The notes under the pieces were generated by a model. The model saw nothing but the letters and a program-made list of their open reading frames with translations, ran no database searches and was not told where the DNA came from. A stretch of 62,449 nucleotides of DNA, filler included, from Basidiobolus ranarum (lineage: Eukaryota), in assembly GCA_040143965.1 (NCBI GenBank). It is 22 parts of 22 records of this genome, joined end to end, with 100 filler letters (N's around TTAATTAATTAA, not from the genome) between each part and the next. Parts side by side here need not be neighbours in the genome. Positions count along the whole stretch, not along the records: positions 22,807 to 25,552 come from JASJQH010003013.1; positions 25,653 to 28,397 come from JASJQH010003014.1; positions 28,498 to 31,242 come from JASJQH010003015.1; positions 31,343 to 34,086 come from JASJQH010003016.1; positions 34,187 to 36,929 come from JASJQH010003017.1; 17 more parts are not named here. One strand, 5' to 3'. Position 1 is the first letter of the stretch, and every line of letters starts with the position of its first letter. This document shows, piece by piece, positions 24,560-37,029 of the stretch. The position numbers and the translations under genes are program-made.

Positions 24560-25552
24560 GTCAGATCATGCCGCACAATCCAGCCTGCTAGTACACCATC
24601 TGGCGCAATCTGTTAATCACCATGGCTGGGTCCTATAACACTTGATTGGACACTATGAGGAACAATATAGCACTATCCCATCACAACTGGACATGATGAT
24701 TTTATTGGAGATATTGTGCCAGCCTGGACCAAGTTACCTGATTTAGTATTGCCAAATTACAATTTTGGGTAACTCACAAAGCAAGTTCATTCCCTAGTTT
24801 GTAACTTACAAATTACTGAATATGTAATAATAAACAACTTATGCTGTAACTTACCCAATCAAGTGTATAACCAAGATATTCACATGTTTTTAGGCCAATC
24901 AATTGTCCCTTACTTACACAGTATCCTGATTTTCAATTGAGCACAACAGCTGCTGCATTATAAAACACCAGTAATTTTGCCACACTGGTGACATATCACA
25001 GCACTCAATGATGGATCAATCTGCAGTATGCTAGTAGTGATCAGGACCACTTGATTCATCTTTTTTAGATCAGCAAATTATTCATGTAATCATGTAACTT
25101 CTAATTGGGTGAAATTCAGAATGGATTGAGCCATATCAAGCCAATACAGCTGCCCAAGCTTTTTTTTGACAAACATTTTTCATTTGACTGTAGTGAAATT
25201 GCTTATATTAATATGCTATCATTGATTTTTTTGATATATGACAATTTCATGCTATTGGTGTTTCATAAACACATAAGCAATTGTGATCTAACTAAAGCAA
25301 TTGATGCTATATTTAACTGCAATCCACATCAATTTTGCATGATGCGCTAAACAGTAAAGATAGGATAATGTGAATATTAACATGAGTATTCAGCAGTTGC
25401 CTAAGTTTGAATCAGTACATGCTGATTTGCTTCTGTTACTTTTGTTGTCTCCTTGATATTTCCACAGAAGGAACTTTTCTTAAACCTCTGCACTGAGTGG
25501 GTTGGTTTGAGTTTGCTGGAGTTCCTCTACCTTGGCCAGCATGAGTTGTGGC
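24560..25552 (+). repeat. Unclassified interspersed repeat (copies at ~29230-30197 and ~15275-15734, opposite orientation)
   Basis: Shared sequence by eye (e.g. CTACCTTGGCCAGCATG) and a shared degenerate frame QVHxLVCxL...NL...LPNQxYNxDI..FxGQS. CpG-depleted. Confidence 0.7.
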
Positions 25553-25652
25553 NNNNNNNNNNNNNNNNNNNNNNNNNNNNNNNNNNNNNNNNNNNNTTAA
25601 TTAATTAANNNNNNNNNNNNNNNNNNNNNNNNNNNNNNNNNNNNNNNNNNNN

Positions 25653-28356
25653 AGCTCTGCAATATCGAAGAACATTCCTAAATTCTGGTTCGATCCATCT
25701 TTAATATTCCCTTCGAAAATATCTAGCAAATAGAAATGACCAGACGCCATTTTCACAAGGGACAGCAATAGGCACAACAGACGGGATATACGTGAAGCTA
25801 TGAATTGCTCTTCAAATGAACTCTGTTGCCATATACATGAATCGTCGCTTCCCAAAGCAGATGGATGAGATTGTTGATTGAAATCTCCATGGGTCGTTTT
25901 GTACTCCATGGTGTGGAGCACGTGACTAAAGGCTTCCAACTCCTCATAGAGTTGATCTATTAACAATTTGAAGATTCCCCTAGCGATACCCAAATCACCA
26001 ATATCCAAGTCCACCATTTGAGTAATCAATAAGCGCAGCGAAATATGCATCTCTTTGCAAGAAGTAGATATCAAAGTACGAAGACATTCTTCGATATCAT
26101 CCTTGAGGGGAAGTAGCTGCTTTGCCCAATACATGCGTAAACAGTTCCCGCTATAAGTCAGGTCCCTATCTCCCCTTTTCACAAAAGGGGGGTCTTCGTG
26201 ACCACCGAGTGATTTCCCATATGGATATGCAGCATTTACATAAGGAAGTGGAAGCAAATTAGTCAGTAGCTTGATTCCACTTAGGAAGTGCTGTGGTGCG
26301 TCGTGGAGTCCATCCAAGAGGTACTGAACCACTTTGTTTCCAATCAAATCAGTGGGGATTTTACATTTGAATCGATACTGCTCTTTGCCAGCACCTTCAT
26401 AGTATGCTTCAGATACCTGGTCTGGGATTACTATGTTCACCATGTCGAAAAATCTATAAATCACTTCATGGTTGCTCCTCAATAGAAGTAGAGTGTAGGA
26501 ATCGATGTGCTCTCGATCTATTGGCGTCGCATGATGCTTGGGTCTTAAGTTATGGATGTCCAGTTGGTCGAGTGTATATAATAACTTGAGGACCTGTTTG
26601 AAGCATTCATTTAACAAATGATCATCTCTAGTGATATCTAAGTTCATATCCTCTGGTGCCTTCTCCTCGGGCTCAGTCAAAGTAACAGACACAATCAACC
26701 CATCCCCGGTGTGGTAGATGATATTGAATATCAGCTCCAAGGTAAGTAACGTTAATTCAAGCCACTTGTTCTTCATTTTGATTCTCTTGACGTTGCTGCT
26801 TTCGAGATTTGAGTTGGAATACTGGAAGGCCGGATTTACGAGCCGCTCGCTCGAACCCAAGGATTCCGAAGAGGACATGGTAGACATCTTTCTCAATATC
26901 AGACCTTCGTCTCCTGAGGTATCCGAGTATAGTGATGAGATCTTATTAACTTCGCTGAGATGCTCAATCGCCGATTCGATGATCCGAAGAAGATAGACGA
27001 GAATTGGATCTTCTTGGGTGGCGCCAATGATGTTTAATTGTGAGCTTAGTATACTGAGTGTATCGGTTCCAATGTAGCTATGCTTCAGCAAAATGCGTAT
27101 ACAGAATGTCACTTTGTTGATCACTGAGTCTTTGAGGAAATCCTTCTTTTCGGTGTTAGCTAGGATGTCGATTAATACTCCCAAATCGTTGTGTTTCTGG
27201 TACTTTAGTACTGTGTAGTAAATAGGGTCATCCCGAGAGTCTTGTTGATAGGTGATTTTCAAGCGATCAAAGTCTGCGTGAGTTAATTTGATATCCAGGA
27301 GATGATAATATGAGAATATGGTTGTAACCAGCCTCTTTGCGTGAGGGTTTGAGCTGGAGTACGAGATGAGAATCGGTAATGCACCGAGAAAACTAATGAC
27401 TGATGCGATAGCCTAAGCGGAGGAAATAATTCAATTTAATACGAAGGCAAGCATAGGGAATAATTGAATCGTGTAGAATACCTGTTTCCCGACATTTAAG
27501 AGGCACATGTCATGCATTAATTTGATGAGCTGGTTTGTTTGTAGGTAATCCTCTTTCTCTATCAAGACTGGTCTCTTCCCCTTCGAGTCGGAATAACTTA
27601 CGAGCTGAGTTACCAATCGAACCGTGTAAACTTGATAAAGAAGAATGGTTACGAACTCCTCCAAGGTGAATTGAATTTTAGAACCAGGAATGCAAGTTAA
27701 TGTCGATATGGGGGAATCCGTATGTCTCAGGCCAGTAGATGAGCCAGTTCTATCGGCAAATCTATGCGAATATTCATTAACCCACCATCGTCGATAATCC
27801 AGAATCCCGGGGCAACCATAGAGGACCTTGCTATTGAGCCAACCAAACAGAGTGTCACTAGGACCAGATTCCGACCTCAATGTATTGTCATTATGTATCA
27901 ATGAGTCAACCCAAGTGGTGAACATGTGATCACTGCCTGTATCAGATCTCTCTAGCTCACTTGAAAGATAAACAAGTCCCTGTTTAGTCTGCCATATGGT
28001 TAAACAGAAGTTGAAAAGATATGGTAGAGCTTGGTCTCGAAAGAAGGGATTGCGAGCATCTTTGGATACGAGAATACTAGTCATTAACTTCATGATATCA
28101 TGAGAGTCAAGATATCGAAAATAGGATGACTCCAATGCACACTTTTCATCTCGCTCGAGATTTGCAACGTGAAAAAACGTTGTCAATATTTCAAGAGAGC
28201 CCATTAATTTCTTAATCAAACTAGCATAGTGTTCTTCTTCTGTTGTGAGGGGCGTTGTGTTTGAATGAGTTGTAGAGTTGTAATTCGGATCCAGATTGCG
28301 CTGAGTGTTACTTAACTCCGGATAATTCAATTTCACTGAGTTCATCTTGGAGACAG
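25653..28356 (-). CDS. Probable virilizer/VIRMA (KIAA1429) homolog, internal fragment; exons ~28356-27482 and 27412-<25653
   Basis: Intron 27481-27413 (GTATTC...CTTAG) joins ORFs 27431-28381 and 25601-27262 in frame. PQHFLSGIKLLTNLLPLP, RMYWAKQL, STSCKEMHISLRLLITQMVDL, ISRLLCLL and GKQAIASVI parallel the VIRMA helical region as I recall it. Confidence 0.72.
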
Positions 28357-28546
28357 CTAGGGAGATCGTTACACCATTCATGCGCGACCATAATTAGNNN
28401 NNNNNNNNNNNNNNNNNNNNNNNNNNNNNNNNNNNNNNNNNTTAATTAATTAANNNNNNNNNNNNNNNNNNNNNNNNNNNNNNNNNNNNNNNNNNNNTAA
28501 CCAATGATCTTTCACTGCCAAGACTTCAGCTGATACATGACTCACT

Positions 28547-28566
28547 TATCTATCTATCTATCTATC
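28547..28566. repeat. (TATC)n microsatellite
   Basis: Five TATC units. Confidence 0.8.
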
Positions 28567-30197
28567 CAATCACATTTTCTTTTATCAGAATTAGTCATCT
28601 AATATCTTAGTGCTGATTAATTCACTTTGCTATCAAAAAGTATAAATAAAGCTAACTGAACCTTTTGGTTTAGTGTGTGTCTCAAGGAATATAGGATCAC
28701 AACACCTCTCAGTGTTTCTCAACAAATTCAATATTCCCCTCTCATTTCTATCCAAGCCTTGTATCCACTAGCACATACAGAATGCCTAGCCTAGCGGCCT
28801 AGCAAACCTACTCTCTACCATAACATAGCAACCCACTGCTATTCCCAAGACATATATTAGTTAGATCTGCTCTGCTAATATACCCAGCTTAAACAGTTCT
28901 AAGATTCTGCACTAACTGTTTCTATGGTTCAGTAAAGTTCAAGACTTTTTATCAACTTTTCTCTTGGACACAACACATGTACTTTCATGTGACTGTGCCA
29001 TGGCCATTCAAAAGAGATGAGCATCTATCATAGTTGAGGAATCAACATCGGTCAAGTACAAACCTCAAGAAAGATCCTTCAGGTAAAAACTTATTATTGC
29101 AAGCTAGCAGCATCTGCTTGTTGACCCAGAATGTGAATGCCCCAAAATCAAAGAAGAGACTATAGAGACATGCAAAACACAAACTTGACTGGACAAGCCA
29201 ATGTATATCACAGCACATTGATCACAAGCCAAAACCCATGCTGGCCAAGGTAGAAGAAATTCAGCAGGATCAATCCAACTAATCCAGTACAGAGTTCAAA
29301 GTCAAGTCTCTTCCATTGAAATAACAAGCAGATAATAAAAATAACAGAAGCACATCAGTATCTACTGCTTCCAACCTTGGCAATGGCTGAATGCTCTTGT
29401 GACTACTTGCATTATCCTGTCTTTACTGTTATACTCATTTTGCCATCAAAATAGAGTACAGTTATACATAGCATAAATAACTTCAGTTAGATCATAATCA
29501 CTTATGTCTGTATGAAACAGTGAATGTTTAAGCTTGTTGTATATCAAAAAAATGCAATGTTAAACTATTAATTCAAGCAATTTCACTACAAACAAATGAA
29601 AAATGTTTGTCATTAAAAATATTAAGCAATCATAATGGCTCAATATAGCTCAATTAATTGACATCCCAACCCAATTGGAGTCTTATATGATTGAATGAAT
29701 ATTTTGCTGATCTGAAAATGATGCATCAAATGATCTTGATTAAGGCCATCTTATTTCAAATTGATTCATTGATGAGTGCTGTGATTTACCACTCATATGC
29801 CAAATCTACTGGGGTTTCATAAAGCAGGAACCATTGGGCCCATTTAGTGATCAAAATATTGTACAAGTGAGAGATAGGTGATTGACCTATAAAAACGCAA
29901 ATATCTTTGTTGTAAATTTGATTAGGCAAGTGAGAGTATAAATTGTCTATTGTTGCACATTCAATAGTTGATAATTTACAAACAAGTTGATGAACTTGCA
30001 TGGTAAGCAACCCAACATCTTAATTTGTCAGTACTAAATTGGGTAACATGGTAAAAGCTGGCACAATATTTGCAACTACATTGATGTGTCTAATTGTGAC
30101 AGGATAGTACCATTTTTTATATTATAGTGTCCAAATGTGTGTTACAGCCTTTGGATATGGTCACTGACTGATTGCTCCAGAAAGTGTGCTAGCAGGC

Positions 30198-31140
30198 TGT
30201 TAAAAGTGATCAGCAGATTAGGAAAAGTCTTGGAAAAGATTAGGATTTGTGATTTAGACACTTGAGTTGTATTGAACCAAAATGTCCGATTTATAGTTTA
30301 CTATGAAATAGGACTATTTGACATGCTTATATCATAACAGACATGCCTGTTAAGCATGGGTGAAATTTAGAGGTGATTTGGAGATGATTTGAAAAAATAG
30401 TGAAAATTGGTAAAAGTGATCAAATTGATACTTCTATCAATTACAGCAATAAACACACATTTTTGAATGGCAGAATTCAGTGCTAAATAATCAAATATGA
30501 CTACACTAACTATTAAATAAAGAGTTGCTATTGACCTAATTTCTACATTCCCACGTAACTAATTGTTTTATATATCTCTTATATATAACTTATATCTTAA
30601 TAATTCAAATTGTGCTTTAGTTAACAGTTTAGTAAAGAGATCAATAAACATTTCTTCAGTAGGGCAATAAACAAGTTCAATTGTATCATTCTCTATCGCT
30701 TCTCTACCCAAATGAGGCCTAATATCTATACATTTTGTGCTAGCATGAGATGTTAGGCTTTTAGCTAAGGAGAAATAACTTTGATTTTCCTCAAATTTAG
30801 TAACAGCATAGTTTGACATGTATCCTAAGTCTGTGAATATCTTCCATAACCACATAGCTTCTTGTGTAGTAGCAGGGCAGCCATATACTCTGCTCGTGTA
30901 GTGGAAAGTGCTCAGGTTAGTTGCTTCTGAATTTTCCAATTATGACTCCTTTACCATAGTGAAAAGTGTACCCAGTTCTTGAACTTCTGGGATCAAAGTT
31001 TCTTCTCAAGTCAGCATCACTGTAATCTTCCAAGTTTTGTGCATCAGGAGTGGTAGAGTATTCCAGAACTAGAACTACAGTTCATCTTAAATATCCAAAT
31101 ATTTGTTTACTGCATTTTGTGCTGAGATGCTGGATTTTTA
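30198..31140 (-). mobile_element. Copia family B 3' end (RT/RNase H remnant, PPT, LTR 30198-30547)
   Basis: Track ORF 30568-30939 is RNase H-like. The LTR aligns to 15735-16085. Confidence 0.88.
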
Positions 31141-31342
31141 AGAAATTGTCTGATAGGTGTAAATTATTTTTAAAAAATTCGAAATACAAAATATTTAAAT
31201 TTGGAAATTAAAATAAATAAACCATTGCATGTTTAATATTTCNNNNNNNNNNNNNNNNNNNNNNNNNNNNNNNNNNNNNNNNNNNNTTAATTAATTAANN
31301 NNNNNNNNNNNNNNNNNNNNNNNNNNNNNNNNNNNNNNNNNN

Positions 31343-32080
31343 GAAGCTCCTGAATCAATGGATCATGTTTCTGAGTCTTCTTTAGTGGTTACTGATAGGA
31401 CAGACACAAATAGATGATCTCTATCAGTGCTTACTTGATTTGCTTGTTCTAATTTTAGCTTTTTGGCAAAAATCCTTTTTCTGCAATCTTTGAAACAAAG
31501 GCCTGGTTTCTTGCAAGGCTTGCAGATGACTGACTACCTATTAGGGACACCATTATGGAAGCCTGTTGAACATTAAAAAGCTCCAAAAAATGCCTGTTCC
31601 ACATTATTATGCTGAGGATCAGATTACCTAAAATTCCGCATTCAAAAGCCTAGCACAAACATATTCCATAATTAAAGGCTCTGATCTTGATTTTAGGGCA
31701 TTTATGAGCTTCCCAAACTTGACTGGCAGGCTTTCGGGGAGAGTCATCATTAGATCATCTTCATTTATAGGTGCTCCAATGGAGGAGAGCTGATATACTA
31801 CAGTTTTTACCCAATTTAAATGATTAAACATAGAATCATCTGGGTTCATCTGCATTGAGAATAATTGTCACATAAATCAAGCCTATTAGCTGGACTCTCA
31901 GTCTCATATAGTCCTCCAGTATTTTTCAAGTATTATGGATATTTTTGGCTGATTATATGTGCCTCAATTGAGGTATATGTAGGCAAAGTGCACAGAGTGC
32001 TTTCCTCTGCTTCTTATGAAAGGCAAGAATAGCTTATGGTAGTCCCTTTGGCTCTATTTCTTCTTCTGTAACAATGTGCT
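31343..32080 (-). mobile_element. Copia gag and protease start remnant
   Basis: QLSSIGAPINEDDLMMTLPESLPVKFGKLINALKSR, a degenerate zinc knuckle, and IDSGAS at the contig edge. Confidence 0.8.
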
Positions 32081-32087
32081 TGCATAC

Positions 32088-32352
32088 TAACAAATATGCC
32101 TGCTAAGCCTGGGTGAAAATTTGAGATGATGTGGAGAGGTTTTGCAAAAATAGTGAAAATTGGCAAAAGTGATCTAATTGATGTTTCTATCAATTAGAGC
32201 AATAAACACACCATTTTGAACGACAGGAATGGGTCCACAATAATCAGAATATGAATAAACTAACTACTAAGTAATGAGTTGCTATTTACATAATTTCAAC
32301 ATTCCCACTCAACTAATTATTTTGTATTCCTCTTAAACCTAACTTATATCTT
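32088..32352 (-). mobile_element. Partial LTR-B with PPT and RNase H tail
   Basis: TTTCAACA-TTCCCACTCAACT junction, as at 16078-16098. Confidence 0.8.
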
Positions 32353-32359
32353 AAGGTTA

Positions 32360-32745
32360 GGGTCAGTAAACAAGTCAAAAACCTTCAGAGTAATGCCTGG
32401 TTTTTGGTTTTTCCATGATTGGCTCAAATCCAGATGATTTCAGGCAAGATTCTGCACAGTTTCATAAATGTTAAACAACTCATTATCTGAGTAAGTGATA
32501 GCAGCTATGACTTTCAGAGTCTTTTGGTTTGCTGGTTTTCATATGAGATTTCTACATTCATGTGCCCAAGTGATTTCAGGTTGTTGTGTAGGCTTATATG
32601 ATCCAATACATATTCTGCTCTGCCAGATTGTCATGTTGACATTCATACGTATGGTGTAGGATTAATTGATATCTTGTATTAGAATGGATGGAGTGAGCAG
32701 CATGCTGCTGTAGCTCAAGTACAGTATTCTGAAGGTCTTATATAG
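32360..32745 (-). mobile_element. CMC transposon ORF2 remnant
   Basis: Alignable to 45900-46270. Confidence 0.7.
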
Positions 32746-35700
32746 TAATCATTTCTTCCTATAAAAAAGTTCAAATAGATGCCATATCCTTTCAAATGAA
32801 AATCATCCTGGTTTTCAACTAACAATTACTATTTGCAATCATCCCTTATTTTCATCACTGCCTGCAGGACCTTTGCAGGAGAAGTTCAAGAGAGACTACT
32901 GGAGAGGGTTACAGGCTATGCTGCAAGAAGAAAGATTGTGGCTGGCTGAAGAGCAGTACTGACTGGTAGGTGTTATACATCTGGTACTTTACATTTTTTC
33001 CCTAGCTTTGTCTGCATAGCCAAGGAACTTTTCATGTCCTTGGATAAAGCACTACTAGTATAACCTTTTTCAAGACCCTGCTGGGTGAGTTTACAGCTGT
33101 TATTGAGTGGATATACCCTTTTTATCTGATCATTATCAAAGGATGTTGAAGCCGGTATATTGTTTTATCAGGCACCAGCATATTATTCAACAGAGAGCTG
33201 CACATTGAATTGTGGTTTATCAGTCCTTTGGTACTTCTAGAGGCTTGATTCACTTTGCCAAAGACCCAAGAGGCAAGAGACCAACTCATATTACAATATA
33301 TCCCAGAGTTATTCAACCTTAGTTATTGTACCCTTGGGACACCTCACAAAACCCTGAAAAATTGTGGTTATTGTTGCTGCTTACAACCTAAAACAACTAC
33401 ATTAGGCATCCAATGTGGGGGGGCTCCACTGAATCTCTCTTAAGACTTACAACAAGAAAAACTACTACTACTACTCATGCAGTATGTCAACCTCAATACT
33501 GCCATTATGCAGATCCCCAGGAACTCAGTTCTTCGATAGAACCAAATTTCAAGCTTTCATCAGGAGAAGGGAATTATTCTGCCTAGCTTAGAACATTCCT
33601 CAAGACCAAACTGCTGAAGAACTACCACCTTCTTGTGAAGATAATACTTGGTTAGCATTCAAAGACAGCCCTTGGATACTACAATGCTGGAGCCTTATCA
33701 AAGAACACATGTTAGAAAGCTATGGAGAACCATGCTGTACCTACTCAATATATGACTTGGAGTACTTTGCCAAAACCAGGTTCTTGAAGATACCTACCTA
33801 GCAATTTATCCAAGAACTTGAAAATATTGGAGCACCTTTCATCTGACAAGATATTATCACTGAAGTTACCCTTACTATCTACCCATTGAATGCCTTGCAT
33901 CATCACCTAATAACAAAAGTAGATCAAGAAATTTCTGGCAAATCAACCTCTGATATTCCCTCTCTTGCTAGTGTGAAGAAAGTACTCACAGCAAGTCAGG
34001 AGAACTCAGCACTTATGAAGATTCTTCAGAAGAGCAGGGAGCAACAGCAGCTAATACACAAAGAACCTTTGACAAAAAGCAGAACANNNNNNNNNNNNNN
34101 NNNNNNNNNNNNNNNNNNNNNNNNNNNNNNTTAATTAATTAANNNNNNNNNNNNNNNNNNNNNNNNNNNNNNNNNNNNNNNNNNNNTTGGGAAATACTCC
34201 AGGAAATGGAAGGAAATTAGAGTCTCTAAATCTTTTGTCCCAGGCATCTTCAACATCATTCATCACTGAAGCTAGATAATTCTCACTTACTTGAAGCGTG
34301 GTATGAAAGCTTCTCCCACTTTTGCTATCATTAACAGTGCACTGTAATCTGATTGAACAATAGATTTTGTAGGAACAAAACAAGTTGACTGGCTGCTTTC
34401 TGGCAGGTATTGGTATATATAAGCCATAGTATTTCTCAAATAAAGCTTGTAGGGTGGTGATACAAAAGGCAGTAGTTGCTTTTGGATTAATGAGCAATGA
34501 ACATTCAGAGTAGATGGAGAGCATGATATTAATCCTGTATTAAGCTGGCACAATACTGATTGATCTAGCACGTGCAAGTTATTTATCTAAGAATTTCAAT
34601 TATCATAGTAAAATTTCCTACATTCTGTATAATAAAATTTACATTTGCATTTATTATCCTAATGATTTCAATTATGTGTAATATCATGGAAATTATATAA
34701 TAAACTGCATCAGCAAAGTTAATCACAGTTTGATCTAAATCAATTTATCAAGCATACATATCAAAACAGCTCAAAGCAGAATGCATTATGCTTGATCACA
34801 CTATAGGGAATTAACATTGACATTTTAACCAATAATATAAAAAGATCCCTAATTCTGATTGAAACCAATAAAGTCTAACATCATAGATATATGTGGTAGT
34901 TATGTATCATGTCAAATCAGATTCTTCTTGATTTATAACCTACTTTGGTACAGGAAACCACCACTTCCAAAATTTGTGCATGCAGTCAAATGAAGATGTG
35001 GGTGGCGCAAAGCAGTGCACACCTAATGATTTTACAGATGCCCAGGTATCCACTATGAATTCTTGCTTGGATATATGGGAGTCATTGATAAACTTGACAG
35101 AAGCTGGGGAAGGGGGCATTAGGCAAAAGTGGAAGCAACTTTCAACTCTGCTTTGGAGAAAATACTATATCTTTATGCCTTAAGAAGTCTGAAAGAAAAT
35201 ATATAATATGACTCATGAGGATAGAAAGTGTGTATTGAGAAATAGGAATTTCAATTTTGAGTCCACAAAGACATGATTCCAATTGTGTTTTCACTTGTGA
35301 GGACCGGAAGCAACTGTTGCAGCCACAACTTTAGAGACAAAGGATGTTCTAAATAGATATCTACCACTACTCAATGAGACTTTGCAGCAACTGTTGATGG
35401 AGATTGCTGAGCTCAAAACAACGTTTCAGGACACTATGGCAAGAGTAATCAACAGAGGTGTAAAGAGAAAAGCAAGACAATTTATTGATTCAGAAGATAT
35501 TCCCAAAGGCAAATTGGAGCAGTCTAGACTGTTGCAGAGACATACTAGATCACTCCAAATCAAGCAGACTCCTGATGAGGTAGCTATTTCACAAGAAGAA
35601 TCTACACTACTCACCACTAGAATTGAGATAACACCTCCAACAAGGGCAAGAGCCCAACAAGCAGATTCATCAGCTGGTAGTACACATTGACATTGATGCC

Positions 35701-36079
35701 AGTTTGGCAGAGTCCATGATGTTTCTCCATTTTTGCTGAAGAGCAAGCTGTCAATGAAGAACCAGAAAGAGGATGGCCACATTCTCATGCATTGTAGCAT
35801 GCAATTTACCTGATTCAACCAAACCACCCAGTGAGCTTTTTACATCTGGAGAAGAGTCAGCTCCAAGGAGCATGCTACCAGAAAGACATACCAGTTTAAC
35901 ACATACTACCATGCAACAGCAACAAAGGCCAACTGCAAGAATTATTGAACCTTCCCTTTGTTGGATGAAGATCTGACACCTGAGAGCAATCTACTAAGAC
36001 TGCAATCCGTTACAATGCATACTCCTAAGAGATCAAGACAATGGGTGTTTGAGAGAGCTAGTCAAGCTCTTACTGAGCT

Positions 36080-36575
36080 TGAAGAAGCTACAACAGTCAA
36101 AAACAAACATCAAGGTAGAAAATATGCGCCAATGCATTCTGCCATGCAACAGAGGTCATGGCAGCCAGTCAAAAGAGATGAAGCTTCTACTGTGGTTGAA
36201 GAGGCAAGAACTGCTGAACACAAATCTCAAGATATACAACTTGCTCCAACACATACTGGAATGCAACCATGGCAATGGCCAGTCAAACAAGATGAAGCTT
36301 CCACTGTGGTTGAAGAAGCAATAACCACCAAACACAAACCACAAGGTAGATGACTTGCTCCAACACATACTGCCATGCAATCGCGGCCTTGGCCAGTCAA
36401 AAGAGATGAAGCTTCTACCATGGTTGAAGAGGCAAGAACTGTGAAGCACCAACCTCAAGGTAGATGACTTGCTCCAACATATACTGCCATGTGACCGCAG
36501 TCATGGCCAGTCAAAAGAGATGTAGCTTCTACCATGGTTGAAAAAGCAATAACTGTAGTGCACAAAGCTCAAGTG
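36080..36575 (+). repeat. 114-bp (38-codon) tandem repeat, ~4.3 copies, in a degenerate ORF
   Basis: CCAGTCAAA recurs at 36165, 36279, 36393 and 36507. Unit approximately PVKRDEASTVVEEARTxxHKPQGRRLAPTHTAMQxRxW. Confidence 0.9.
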
Positions 36576-36882
36576 AGACATTCCAGGTTGATGCGTAGAT
36601 CCGCGCGCCAGCAGCAATGGCTGGTTGACCCATTGAGTGAAGGCTCCACATCTGAAGAAGAGACTGCAGATTCAAATATAACCGCAACTAGACCGGACAA
36701 GCCAACAGATACCACAGCGCATTGACCTCAAGCCACCACTCATGCTGGCTGAGGGAGAGGAACTTCAGCAGGATCAAAGCAACCAACTCAGCGCAGAGAT
36801 CCAAACAAAGTTCCTTCCATGGAAATATAAGGAGACTACAAAAGTAACAGAAGTAAATTAGTATGTGCTGCTTCAAACCAAG

Positions 36883-36929
36883 CCCTAACAAAACTAAAAT
36901 CGATTTGATCCGGATCGGATCCACCCTCC
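36883..36929 (-). mobile_element. CMC transposon terminus (least mutated copy)
   Basis: CCCTAACAAAACTAAAATCGATTTGATCCGGATCGGATCCACCCTCC, the same end as at 16475 and ~50275-50306. Confidence 0.75.
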
Positions 36930-37029
36930 NNNNNNNNNNNNNNNNNNNNNNNNNNNNNNNNNNNNNNNNNNNNTTAATTAATTAANNNNNNNNNNNNNNN
37001 NNNNNNNNNNNNNNNNNNNNNNNNNNNNN

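Noticed and set aside
32900-34086. Degenerate coding-like, CpG-poor DNA (similar case at 56885-58030) as LINE remnants
   Set aside because: No RT or endonuclease motif could be read, so it is left unclassified.
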